From Guillardia theta CCMP2712 (Eukaryota > Protista > Cryptophyta), in contig NW_005434615.1 of assembly GCF_000315625.1 (NCBI RefSeq), positions 444,344 to 493,045 on the forward strand: a DNA stretch of 48,702 bases, read 5' to 3'. Within the stretch, counting starts at the first letter, position 1, and each line of letters begins with the position of its first letter. A model generated the notes under the pieces. It ran no database searches, was not told where the DNA came from, and saw only the letters and a program-made list of their open reading frames with translations. Below are positions 11,989 to 24,901 of the stretch, piece by piece. A program made the position numbers and the translations under genes.

Positions 11989-12793
11989 GTTTAGAGGTGA
12001 AAGAGGGGGTGGTATGTATCTCCGAATCAGAAGGGGGTACTTTGACAGTACAAAGGAGGGGTAGCCAGCTAATAATGAAAGCAGATCGGAAGACCTCTAG
12101 TAAACCAGCGCCTTAATCGGCAGGGTGGGTAGTTTGTGTATGAAGTCGGACACTAATGAGGTGGGGTAGTGACTTTCAGTGGGTAGGGTGGGTATTGATA
12201 GGGTCAAAAGGAGCAAGGCAGCTAGAATGATTGCATTAATATTTCAAATATTCAGATTATATTTTAAGATCTGTCCAGAAAAAAAATTGGAAATCATGAA
12301 CGAGCAGTAGGTGGTATGTCAAAATGTACTTTCCCATTGGGTCGTAGAGGAGTAGGGTAGGGTATAGGAAGAGGAGGGGTAGGTACCATAAGCAGGGATG
12401 GGCCCCAAGGTCCTGTAGCCAGGGAGGTAAACATGGGAGAAGGGGTAGGGTGGTTGGTAAAATGACAGAGTGGGGTGGTACCCCTGTCAACACCGGGAGA
12501 GGAACAGGTAGGTCAGTCATGGGGGGTCCTGACCCCCCGGGGCATGGAGGGTGAACTTGCAAGTAAGTAAAAGGGGTGTGGATCACAAAGGGGTGGGTCA
12601 TAAGGGGGTAGTCGATGACCCTTTTGCAGTTCATTTGGTGGTAGGGTAGGGCAGGGGATGTATGAATGAATGGTGGGTGGTCGAAGCAGGAGACTGTGGG
12701 GTGGGGTGGGGTGGTAGTCAGTTTTGGGCTTTTGAATGCTGCAGGAGGATGGCGGGAAGGGGAGGCAACGATGGTCACAAGATGAGACAGCGG

Positions 12794-12826
<33 letters not shown>

Positions 12827-13728
12827 GAGGAGGATAATGAGAAAGATGGTGATGAGGAAGAGAACAAAGACAAGATGTTGAATGCCACAAAGATAGACAC
12901 CTGTACATGATCAGGATGATAGAGCACTCGGTATGTCGAGATGTCATATTGCTGCTCCTCTCAACTATCCACAGTGGACCAATAGATTTTTCTGGCCTTT
13001 CAGAAGAAGTCAAAGTTGAAGGAGTGTGAGAATGCAATGTATGAATTGATTTTCCTAGCAAGGCCAGATTGTTGGTAGATGTCGATGGAATTGGCCGCAT
13101 AGCTGGCAAGAGTTCGATGGGAGTAAGAGCTGCTATAGAATTCCTTGTGCCCTAGTTCGAGACGTGTTAAACGCGCTAGGCCGGGTTATGTCATGGTTTG
13201 AGAGTTGTATGATGCCAATGGCAAACGAGGCAAACGGGTGAAGTCGATGTTGCACCTGAAACTATCTAGCGAATTTATCTCCGTCCAAACCTCGATGTTA
13301 TTTAAAACTATATTTTTTTGTTCTTCACCAATTCATTCCATCTCACTTTCTTTTACCAGAATTGTTTTCCTGTCGGTTCGCCATGATAGCAGCATGATCC
13401 CTCATTCGGGGCATGGGTATTGGCGCGGCAGGGGGACCCATTTACATTCTGTTGTGTGGGTGGGGTGTAAATGATTCGAACCAGAGCTGCTGGTAGGAAA
13501 CCCTAACACTAGATTGTCAAGGATTCTACAGGCTCCCAAGAGTTTCCTTCCCCTTGTTCCATTTCTTCTGGCGCTACCTCTTTCAACGTACTCGATCACA
13601 TCTCTGCCGCTCTCCTGTTCTCCGCCTTGTCTCGCCCTGTCGTCCTGCCTCGATCCCGCTGTCTTGGGTTCTCCTGCAGCGTCTGGATATCTTTGTTGTA
13701 AATAATCGACCGAGTTCCCTTCGGTCAA

Positions 13729-15892
13729 ATGTCGGGTAAGGTGAACGGAGAAGCCTTGGACACAAAGAGCCCCAGCAAAGAGGCTGGAGACATCATCTAC
13801 TGGAAGTTCGGGGCAAGCAAGAATTTTGATGCCTATCATCCTTCATCTGGAGCGATTCGCAAAGTTTTCATATTGGTTGCGCTGCTGCTCTCGGCGGTTG
13901 TTGGTTTCATCTACATCATCGACCAGTTTTTGATAAGAGGCTTCTGCATCCTCCCCATTGCTTTCGCTCTCTATTATTTTGTTTTCTGCACCATCCATCT
14001 CTGGTTTCAGTGCAACTGGACAATCTGGTGGACGACGCGTAGAGGGCTGACTTTCGAGTCAAGGTTGGTTGCGCTGCTGCTGAGAGGTGACGCTGAGTTG
14101 ACTCTTGGCAGAAACATCGTCGTGACCTCGAGAGAATCGCAGATCGCAAAGTTGAAAGCTAGGTTGGAGCAAAGCAAGGCAAAGGTGTCAGGGTATCGCC
14201 CAAAGATTCTTTGCGTAGCTGGTTATGGCGGAGGAGGACACGAGGCTACCCTGGTGAGTTCTTCGTGCCGTTCGTGCATTTCTATCCGTTGTACTGAGAG
14301 CGTTTGCTAAACACTCAGAATGGCGTCCGAGCCGTCATGAACGAAGCTGGCTTCTGGTCAGAAGTCGTGGATATTCCTGTTGGCTTCTTGTTGGAAACTT
14401 CCAAGAACAATCCGCTGTGGAACTTGACGGGAGTGACGGGAGAGCAAATTTACAACTGGGGGTTGTACAGGAGTCCGCTGATAGCTTACATCATCACTTG
14501 GGGTACCTCTGTGGGACAGTGAGCAAAGCGAGTGGGAGGAGGAAGTCAGACTAACTGAATGTCATGCTGCAGAGTGATCGGGCTCAGGATCGATGGGATT
14601 TGCGGCCTCATCGGGGACTTGCTATCGATCGATTACGGCGACGAGTCGGCCAAGTTGTGTGAGAGGATCTGGAAGGAGCACCAACCAGACATGGTGACGC
14701 ATCTCCTGCCTCTGACGGCCGGATGACTGACGCAGCCGACCTGCAGATCTGCAACTTCACGTCCGGGACGACTGAGTTCATGATCCGCGGGCTGGAGCGA
14801 GCCGGGATGACGCACATCCCCTTGGTTACGATCGTATCGGATTTCGAAGGAAGGTGACAACAAGCCCTCGCGATGTGAAGCCTCCTCTCATGTCTTTTCC
14901 CTTCCTCCTCGCTATAGGCCTAATCGGAAACAGCCATGGATAGAAGACAAGCGCCAGTACGCCGTCTGTGGAACTTCAGTGTGCAGGCAGCAGGCGTTGA
15001 GCTTTGGGCTGCCCCCGAACCAGGTCTGGATCGCACCAGTTGCAAAACTGTCATGCTGACTCTTCTCGAGGTCTTCCAAACTTCGGGGATGATCTTGAGA
15101 CCCGCGTTTTACGAGCCCCAAGACGACGAGCTCGACCTCAGCGGGAAGCTGAAGAAGCTCGGGCTCGACCCGGAGCGCAGGACCTGCTTGATCTTCTGGG
15201 GAGGCGTCGCGAGCAACCGGGTGAAGGAGATTGGGATGGCGATCACTCAGGCGTCAGAGAAGCTCAATATCATCTTCCTCTGTGGGCGAAACCTGCAGGT
15301 CAGCCCGCCAGCTGGTCGGCAGCTTGGCTGACAGTCCTTGCAGCTTGCGCAGGACCTCAAGAAGATCGAGTGGCCGTGTAAGGTGCACGTGGAGGGCTTC
15401 ACGACTCGAGTCTCCTACTTCATGAAGGTGAGGGCAGCGGGTGCCCTGCTGTTTCACTGACCTCCTCCAGCTTTCCGACATGATTGTCTGCAAGCCCGGG
15501 CCAGGCGTCTGCTCCGAGGCTGCTCTGCTGGGCGTCCCCATCCTGGTCGAGTGGTCCTGCTTCACCCTCCCGCAGGAGGTGGCCATGCTGCTTGCTCCTC
15601 TAGCAGGCCCCAGCTGAGAGTGTGACAGGTTGCCGTCTGCAAGTGGGTGCTGCTGCGAGGCCTTGGGTTGGGCTTCACCAACCCGCGGCAGCTGGTGTGG
15701 CAGGTGGACCGTATGTGCAGCCTCTTGAACGAGCCAGAGGCGAAGAAGCTTCTGCGGCCGCTCCCAGTGGTCGAGAAGGGCCTGAGCGGCGTCGACCTGA
15801 ACCCGGCAGAGAACGTGGCCGTGTTCGAGGTCCCGTCGATCCTGCAGGATGTGCTGGACCTGTACGCGATGAAGCGAGACGCCAGCAAGTGA
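13729..15892 (+). CDS. GT28 monogalactosyl/glucosyl-diacylglycerol synthase-like glycosyltransferase with two N-terminal TM helices, multi-exon
   Basis: GYGGGGHEA, PLVTIVSDF, GMILRPAF, LGLDPERRTCLIFWGG, IFLCGRN, VHVEGFT...FMK|LSDMIVCKPGPGVCSEAALLGVPILV, LPQE match MGD/UgtP motifs. Confidence 0.85.
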
Positions 15893-15946
15893 GTTTGGGG
15901 GGGGGGACTGGGAGGAGAGGGACTACTAGCGGCCCCTCGTCGGGGT

Positions 15947-17950
15947 TTAACGACCGAATATGAACACACAAGCTGATCTCACTGCACAAGAGCGAAACCG
16001 AGGAGAGCCTCGGGCATCTCGAAGCGGAAGAAGGGCGACCAACCTGCAGCCTTGCACGTCAACGGCCAGCAGGCGGCCAGCAGCACGAGCACCTCTCCCC
16101 TCGTCGCGTACGTCTAGAACCTCTGCGCTCTCCACAAGCCTCCCCCGCACGTCCCTTCCCTCCATGCTGTTTGCTTCGTCATCGCTCGTGCGGCATGCGC
16201 GCTGCCACTGACCTCATGTGAATGTAGTCCCTTCCCCTGACGTCTTGTCGGTCGCTGACTACCGTCAGGCCTCCCACAACCAAAATGAAGTCGCCGAACG
16301 TCAGCAGCCCGAAAGCATGCCTGCTCCCTCTGTGAGCCTCTCCTCCCTCCTCTTCCTCATTCCCCCCCTTCCCCCCTCCCCTCCCTCGTCCACTCCCAGT
16401 CTTCACCTTGACTCCAGGAGGTCAGGCAGTAGATCCCACTTGTCGCGTTCTATGCTGTACCTCTCAACTCGCCCCTCCTCTCCCGCGCTCCATCCCCCTA
16501 CAGCGTACAACTTCCCCTTCATCACGGCCAACCCAACCTGATCAGTTCATAAGCAGACGCAACCCTCCTCCTCCTCCTCCTCTTCCTCCTCCTCCTCCTC
16601 CTCCTCCTCCTCTCACTGTGTGTCGCGCGTAGTGCATCGGAGACATTCTGGTCCAACGCAGGGTCTGCGGGCTGATGCAGGAGGAGGATGAGAGGGCAAG
16701 AACCAGCAGGCGCATCCTCACCTCAGCCTCTCGACCGACTTGAGTCGCTCGTTGCCGTCATATCCTCCTGCCACCCACACGAACCCCTCGCCTGCTGCGA
16801 TACCTGAAGGGGATCAAGGGGATCAAGTCAGGAGGGACATGTATGTCTCCTGTTTGCCTACCCATCCCCTCCCGCGCCTGGACTAGATCGCCAGCTGTAT
16901 GCCAGCCCTCAGAACGAGGAGGCGCCTGCCAGCGCGTTGAGCGACAGCAGAGGTCGAGCGGATGGAGGAGGGGACAGGACCTTGGATGTCTTCTTCTCCT
17001 TGCCTTGAGCCCGCGCTGAACGACCTCGAGCATCGAAAACTTCGGTGGTCTTGATGTGTGCCCCGCCCTTCTGAAACCCTCCTGCTATTCATCAGAGGAA
17101 CATCTTGAACATCTCGCCTCCGTCGGCCGACTGACCCACTGTGAAGATGAAGCCATCGAGGCAGGCGATGCCGAGCCCTGCTCGCTCTGTCGGGATGCTC
17201 GTCACCTCCTCCCAGTCGTCTTCCTCCTCCTCGTATTGGTACAAAACTTGCTCGCTCGCCCGTCGCGCCCACTTTGTCACCACCATGAACAGCTTACAAA
17301 CTTGTCAGGGAGGAACGCGAGGCTGGGACCTCACCGTTTCATCGCAGACTGTTGGCATGAAAAGGAGGAGGAGGAGGAGGAGCAGGAGCAGGAGGAGGAG
17401 GAGGGAAGAAGGAGATTGAAGTTAGTGAGCAAAGCAAAGCAGGGCGACTGTCGCATTCACCAACAGCAGACGCGAGCGACGTCTTGCCATCCTCGACCAG
17501 GCCCATCTCAAGTCCTTTCATAGGATACCTGGAGGTTCCGTTGGGCCTCAGCACATGCAAGAGCACATGAAGGTCTTTCGCTCACCATTCGAGAGAACCA
17601 GCATGTTCATCTAGCTCTGTTAAGTTGAGCTTCCATGCTAGGTCGTTGCTCCTTCCTCCCCGCAATATCCCGCCGATCAAGTAAGCTGTCTTCCCTCCAT
17701 GTCCTCGGCCAGTCACCTTGTCTCTGCCTTCCTCTAGTTCTCTGCTCCTCCTGTCCAGCTGACCTGGCCTCATTATCTCTCGCATGCCCGCTAGCGCAGT
17801 CGCTGCCTCCACAACAAGCGATGCAAGTGTTGGTGACTGTAGCGCTCCACGTTCTCTTCCTCTCAGCTCCTCTCCCACCTTCACTTCTCCCACCAGCCCC
17901 ACCAGCTCCGCCGCCATGAGCGCTGCTGCCGCTATCAGCCATCCCCACAT
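15947..17950 (-). CDS. Kelch-repeat protein with hydrophobic, signal-peptide-like N-terminus, multi-exon
   Basis: AYLIGG; WEEVTSIPTERAGLGIACLDGFIFTVG; WTRMSPMHYARHT|VGLAVMKGKLYAVGG; YSIERDKWDLLPDLLESR|HAFGLLTFGDFILVVGG. 3' end approximate. Confidence 0.8.
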
Positions 17951-18096
17951 TTCTAATTTATTGACTGAAAAAGAAAGGAACCCGACTCATCCCCCCTCAT
18001 CCCCAGATCTTCCTGATCCCTCATACATCCCGCATGAAACCCTCTTCCCCGCTCATCCCGCCTTGCTTCGCCGGCTTTTCGTCAAGCTTTTCCGTC

Positions 18097-19556
18097 ATGG
18101 TCTTCGAGGCGGTTCCCTTCCTCGCATGCTCGGCGGGGGCGCTGGCGCTGGGAGCGGGAGGATGGACAGTGGCGATGGGGGGAGGAGAAGGCTGGCGATC
18201 GTGTGCAGGACGAGAGAAGGGCCCGGGAAAGGGTCTGTCGATGAAGTCAGAGAGGACGATCGATGAGATCAAAGGGAGTCTGTTTCACAGCGACGGCAAG
18301 CAGCATGGCAACATCGAGGGGAAGGAGCAGCACACAGGAGTGTCGCCCAATCTCATGCATGTGTTGCATACCATGGCAGGAAACCACCAGAAGATCATGG
18401 TGGATGCTGAGCCCAGACCCCTCGCCCTCCCTCCTGCCAACCAAGCACCCAAGAAGGTGTACACCCTCCACGACGGCATCCGGAGAGCCTTCCGGCACGA
18501 GCCCGTGTCTTCCTCCTCCGAGCAGCCAGCAGAAGCTTTCAATGGCAGATTCGTTGGCTCCGCGTCTATTCCTCCGCAGACGGTCGCCAGCCAGGCAGCC
18601 CCTGTGAAACGTCCATCGTGGCCATACAGCAACACTGGGGCGTTGCCAGGCCAGGCCTTACAGATTTCTCCCCCCTCTTCGCAGTCAGCAGCTCCTGTGA
18701 TCATCCAGTACGAGACCAAGAGCGAGCAGAGACTCTACCAAGCTCGGCCTGAGTTCACTCCCCGACAAGCCTCACAAGCCGCCGTACAAGCCACCACCAC
18801 CCTCAGCCCGCAGCGAGTCGCGCGAGTGCTCAACGCTGATCGCATCGCTACTCCCAAAACTCAACAGAGCCAGCAAGCAGGTGAGCAGCAAGACCGTGAC
18901 GCCGCCGCCCTCCCTGACCCGCTGGATGACCCCAGGGATCGGCATCTCCTTCGTTCCCGACGAGTCCGACAGTATCGTGGTTGCTCACCTCGTGCCGGGT
19001 TGCCGTCAGTTGGACTCCTCTTCCTCTTCCTCTGACGCTGCTACTCCCAGGAGGTCCAGCTGAGACGTGCGGCCTGCTCCAGGTCGGGGACAAAGTACTC
19101 TTCATCGATGGGATTGAGGTTCCTCTGCCTCGTCCTGGTCCCTCCTGAATGCGCCGGCAGGTCAAGGGCAGAACGGTAACGGACGCCATCAGGATGGTGC
19201 TTGGCCCCAAGGATTCCAACGTGAGACTCCAACGTCCAGACCCACACCTCCCCGTCTTCCTTCCTCTCCTTCCCCTCCTCGTCCTCCTTCCCTTGATGCT
19301 CGTCGTCTCCAACCTCGCCTGCTGCCCCTGTGCAATGACGAATGACTGCCAGGTCGAGCTGGTAGTCGAGAAGCAGGAGAATCCTCGCAGGATCTTGTCT
19401 GTGATCATTCAAAGGTGAGCTGACATCGTCACGCCCAGCAGTGACTCCAGCTGATCTCAGAGTGGCGCCATCCGTGACTCCCCGGCTGTCCAACGTGGGA
19501 AAGCCGAGCGGTGGTGGGGAGCAGGTAGCGGCATGCTGATGCTCTTGTGGCCGTGA
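18097..19556 (+). CDS. PDZ-domain protein with low-complexity N-terminus
   Basis: PGIGISFVPDESDSIVVAHLVPG / GLLQVGDKVLFIDGIE / VKGRTVTDAIRMVLGPKDSN / VELVVEK is a PDZ domain split by introns. Ends uncertain. Confidence 0.7.
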
Positions 19557-19726
19557 CAATCGCAGCAGAACCGACCGATGGGAAGCGGAGAAGCGATCTT
19601 GTGATGCATTGGTGATGGCCAAGGTGATACCCTTGTAATTCTACAACGCGAGGCAAGAAAGGCCCCAGTCACGCACTTTAACTTCATTTCTTGTTTCAAT
19701 AAATCTCTTGCTGGCGACATTCCAAC

Positions 19727-22560
19727 TTATTGAAGGCTCTGAGACACAATGAGACACAAAGGTGTTCCCCCCTTCCTCTTCTCTTCTCACCTGCTCAGGA
19801 TACAATTTCTGCACCTCTTCAACTCTAGCTGGGTCCTGCAGTTGGGTAAACCCACATGCCATCGAGAAACATCGAGTACGAGTACCATGTAGTCGGTCTC
19901 TACCACTCTCTCATCGAATTTCACGTGATTCAGATCATTCGCTGCTTTGATTGCGCTCTCCTTGGTCTCAAACTGCAAACCCCATCATCCCCTCTTGCAA
20001 GCAAGAAACCTCTCGTAACCTGCACGAGCACGTTGCCGATGAGGTCCTGTGAACCATCACGATCGAGTCACTCTCACGATCTGGCACGATGACGATACAA
20101 CTTACAGCTGGAGCTCCTTCACGCCCTGGCCTCACGATGACGAATCGCACAACCTGAGACAACTGGCTCAGATCGAGTGAAAATGTGTCGGTGCAGGTTC
20201 ACCTTTCCGTATTCTTCTTCGCACTTTGAGATTGTGTCTGGGAGGCAACACAATTTCAGATCAGAAAGAGGGAGAGGAAAGCACTAACCTTCTGCAATAT
20301 CCTTGCATTCATCGTCGTTAGCCAGGTCGTCATCCGACATCATGTTCCTGATGACCACGACTTCCGTGGCCTTGGATTCATCGGGGCCATTGAGCATTCC
20401 AGCTCCAACAGCTTCAGTCACTCCCTGCGCCAACGTTCAACCTTCTAAATAAGACCCAAGACAAGGCTACCGCGTCGCCGGGTGTTCCCAGGATGCCAGT
20501 TCCTTGGCACTGAAGGGAAAGTATCAATTGACTTCACCTAGTGCGAGACTGCTCACTTGAGCAATCAACTCCGCGTTCAAAGGCACGTAATCTGCCGGAC
20601 GACCCACACGACTAAAAGTGAGACATCAGCAAGAGAAACTGTCAATCCCTCTTTCCCTTCCCATACGAAAGTATGCAAGGGGAATGTTCAAATGGGACAC
20701 AAAGTGGACCACAACAAATCCCTCGGATCTTCTTACATGGGGCGTCCATTGCATTCGATGCCACTCAAAGCCATTGCGTTATTTGCTTCCGCTGTTTAAG
20801 ACATCAGCAACGGTATGTTCTTTCAAGTAAACTAATTCGAATTCTCACCAACAGTTCTCATCTCAACAAAGCCAAAGTTTCCATCTCCAGACAGAAAGGA
20901 ATCTATACAAGGATCTCCAGGTTTGACGACGAGTGACAACTGTGACGGATCATCAAAAAAGTAAGACGCTGTCAGTAGCAATTACCTGCTGCATCGATTG
21001 CGAAATGAACTGTTTGAGGCTAAGCAAGTGTTAATCAAATTGTATTTCTTGTTGACAACCTTTTTGTACCTAGCTGAAGTCATGGACCCAACGAGGAGAT
21101 TTCCAACATGAATTCTGCGAGCCTGAGATTCAAATGTGTCAAGCATCATGCGATTGCATCGCCATTAACAACTTTCACATACCTTCTTGGTTTGTTGCAT
21201 CAAAGCACTCAAGTTGGCGGCAATACCACCTGCTAAAGCCCAATTCACACTCAAGGAAATCACAACAAGCAGAAGAAGCCAGACGAATGCTGAGTCAGTC
21301 TGAATCATGTAAAGGAAGATAACTCTAGTGTTTCAAGAGGCTCCACAGGCAAACAGACAGACAAACGGACAGATGGAACGTGAGAATACCTCCAGATCCC
21401 ATTAACCCAGCTTGTGCCATAGTCATTATCATCGCATCTAGAAAACATATTTTAGACAAGCAAATAATCAAGAAGGGCTTACCGGGGGCTGGAGGGACAT
21501 AATCATGTGGCCTGTTCACTCTCAGAGGTGTGCCTGCGATCGTTGTCATGCTCTTTGCAAGTAACGAGAAAGCAAGTGCTTGCGAGCAGTACCGTAAAAA
21601 GTAATTCCATCGAGAGTCATGGCACTCGTTGCCTCTTGCACGGTACGAACCTGCAAAGAAATCACAATTGAAGAATCGAAATTGAGGCTGGGACCTCAAT
21701 GAAAGCAAAGTGCTTTTCTGAACTGATCCAGACATCGCAGACGCAACATCCAGGACTTTGAGTCAGACCAGCCTGTGCAAATTCAGCCTTGAAATAAGCC
21801 CCCTGGTCCTGAACCTGGTGCATGGCTTGATCAAAGAACTCTTTCAAAGCCGGTTCACTGATTGGAGGGTCAAGCTGCGGCAGATTTCCAACATAAACGC
21901 GACGGGCTTTGAGAGTCAACTATCCATGGACCTCAGAAAACGACTGTTCAAATCGGATCTTACCTGAGGGTTGGCGCTCTGTGCTATAAGTGCTGTGCCA
22001 TCTGGGCCAAATTCTGGAGGCTTATCCCAGTTGCTATGAAGGTGGAATCAAGAGATTTGCTTGATAAACAAACATGTAATACCTTGCTTTCTTTTGCCTC
22101 CTCTCTGGTCGAGGTGAACGTTCCCTTGAAGTGAAAGGTCATACTCAAAAAACTTCAAAACTCTTTCTACCTCTCTTTGCCCCTACTTCGACTCCGACTC
22201 CTCCGACGTTCACGTTCACGGTCACCACGGTCACGGTCACCACGGTCACGCCTCCGGTCGCGGTCACTGAGATTATGTGGGTTAGTCTGTGGTGATACTT
22301 CAACGCCCTGATGGACTCTACCGACTCCGATGATCCCTGCAAACGTCAGTCAATTTAAACATCATTGATGGAGATTCCAAGAATCAAGAATAACCTGTTC
22401 CTGCTCCTTGAACGGGATCGACGTCTACCGTCGCCACGATCGTCCTCAAGACTCGGTCTGGATGACCTCCTCAACTCAACGTATCTTGGAAAACAATTTA
22501 GAGACCACGCAGGAGAATACTCGCCTACCTATCTCCAATCATCTGCCTGTCATACGACAT
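19727..22560 (-). CDS. U2AF2: U2AF large subunit (U2AF65)-like splicing factor: RS domain, two RRMs and C-terminal UHM, about 20 exons
   Basis: RSRSRSR exons; NWDKPP; ARRVYVGNLP...HFAFIE|VRTVQEATSAMTLDGI...LRVNRPHDYVP; UHM ATEVVVIRNMM...KCEEEYGK|VVRFVIVRP...LNHVKFDERVVETDY. Confidence 0.88.
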
Positions 22561-23439
22561 GGCCCTGCTTGCATCATCCTACGCCAACACGTCAAATCAT
22601 ATTTTTCAATATGATAAGATGCATACTTCAGATCCAAATTCCACCAAGGCATCACCCGTGGGCCTGCAAAAATGAATGAGAAGCTGCTGCCAGGGTGAGT
22701 TATGGACCTTCCATCGGGCCCATGCTCAATCATGATCTTCACAATGTGAAATTGGGGTGCCGGATTGAAAGACTCCGACTTAAAGAAAGCTCGGATGTCT
22801 TCATCTTGTACTTTGAACGGAAGTCCTTCGTTCTGTCAGTCAGACATCTATCCCATTCGCAAGGCATCAAGTACCTCTACAACGGAGGACCCGACTCATT
22901 TCAAAGAATCTTCTATCAAAACCAAGACATCAGAAACTGCTGCAATTATTTCCCGATCGTAGGATTTTTATCCTCGATAACGTGCAATCATTAAACTACA
23001 AGGCTATCAATTCGCAGAAACTTTTGCTGAATCAATAAAACATTGGGAGAAACATTTCACAGGACAAGTTTTCCATTTGTCGCTTCATAAAAGGAAGTGT
23101 GAAAAGTTGAAACAGCCTTTGATGAATATCCCACCAAGTCCACATAAAATTTCTTTCTAGCATTGCCGAGATCGAAAGGATCTTCATGTAGTCAGCCAGA
23201 ACCTAAGCTGCTAAGCTCGCTGATGCGGAAGAGCTAAGAAACTATTTATCCTACTTTGATCCAACAACTTATCCTGATCAGCTTACACATAAACTAAGCT
23301 TACGGGATTCAAGACTTTCTTTACATAGAAATTTCAAGCCAAGGCTCAGACAAGATGCCTTCTCGATTGCTGTCGAGTTTCATGCAAGGCCAACCTCTCG
23401 CTCGCTCGCTCCACTGGACTCTCACCCTTCTGCTCCTCA

Positions 23440-23985
23440 TTTCCCATCCTCCCTCGCTCTCATATCCTCTCATTCCCCATCCTCCCTCGCTCTCATATCC
23501 TCTCATTCCCCATCCTCCCTCGCTCTCATATCCTCTCATTCCCCATCCTCCCTCGCTCTCATATCCTCTCCTCATCCTCCCTCGCTCTCATATCCTCTCA
23601 TTCCCCATCCTCCCTCGCTCTCATATCCTCTCATTTCCCATCCTCCCTCGCTCTCATATCCTCTCATTCCCCATCCTCCCTCGCTCTCATATCCTCTCAT
23701 TCCCCATCCTCCCTCGCTCTCATATCCTCTCCTCATCCTCCCTCGCTCTCATATCCTCTCCTCATCCTCCCTCGCTCTCATATCCTCTCCTCATCCTCCC
23801 TCGCTCTAATATCCTCTCATTCCTCATCCTCCCTCGCTCTCATATCCTCTCCTCATTCTCCCTCGCTCTCATATCCTCTCCTCATCCTCCCTCGCTCTAA
23901 TATCCTCTCATTCCTCATCCTCCCTCGCTCTCATATCCTCTCCTCATTCTCCCTCGCTCTCATATCCTCTCCTCATTCTCCTCCT
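23440..23985. repeat. Minisatellite of 29-33-bp units (catcctccctcgctctcatatcctctc[attccc/ct]), about 17 copies
   Basis: Direct tandem repetition visible in the sequence. Confidence 0.95.
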
Positions 23986-24901
23986 ATCCCTTCACGTCTT
24001 TCTTCTTCGCACGCGTCCTGCTTCCCGCCCTCCTCCCGCTTCCTCCGCCCTGACCACCCCCACCCCCCTATTCTCCTCGAGAACCACGGTTCTTGCATTC
24101 ACCCTACCCATCTACATCCGGTTCTCTCTGACTGCCATGACCCCTACATCGTGTATTGGATGACCCCACTATTTAGCATCCCCTGCACTCCTCTGAGATG
24201 ACCACCCCTACATTTGCAGAGGATCTTACCTACCCATCTCTTGCCCCGTTGAAGTATGGGTGGGGGTATCAGTTTTGACCCTACCCTTCCTGAATCGATC
24301 AATCCTGAGCCTGACCACCCCGTCATGATATGAGGTTCCTTTGATCTGACGTATGTCTATTCAGGTTCATATGATTCAGTTGCTGTCTTTTGCAAAAGCT
24401 CTACTGTAGCTCTGAGGTGAACTCGAATTGATAGATGATCGACCCACTGACACTAGACATGTCACCATCGTGATTTAAAAGTAGTGTAGCACTTCTTGTC
24501 CAAGCTCTGACATGTGTAGCGTAGACTGTTAAAGCTCAACTCAGTTTCCGTCTGAATTCATGCACCCTGGATTCAGTGCGCTTCAACACTGCCAAATTAA
24601 CCACAAGTGAAGCTGTGTGAGGACTGACAGTTTACTTCAAAAAATTTATATGAAAGACCTTAACATTGTCCTCACTTCAGAATGTTTTTCACATTTAGCC
24701 TGAATTACGTTTGGCTGAGTAAGTTTTGTTTTTAATCAATGTAGAAATACTCATATAGTGTCTGGAGCCGACATACTGTAACAGCACATAACCACATATG
24801 ATCTCACCGAAAATTTCATTACAACAACATCACAGATTCACATGCAGCGGATGTAAAATCATCAAGATCTTCTCAAATAATATCAAACCAGTCTTTCATA
24901 T

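Noticed and set aside
12257-13109. Pro/His-rich minus-strand ORFs (also 27441-28347)
   Set aside because: They arise from G-tract intergenic DNA and show no protein-like motifs.
23321-23900. Repeat-protein ORFs (GYESEGGWGMR)n and (ILPRSHILSFP)n
   Set aside because: Minisatellite with 29- and 33-bp units that shift frame, so coding is unlikely.
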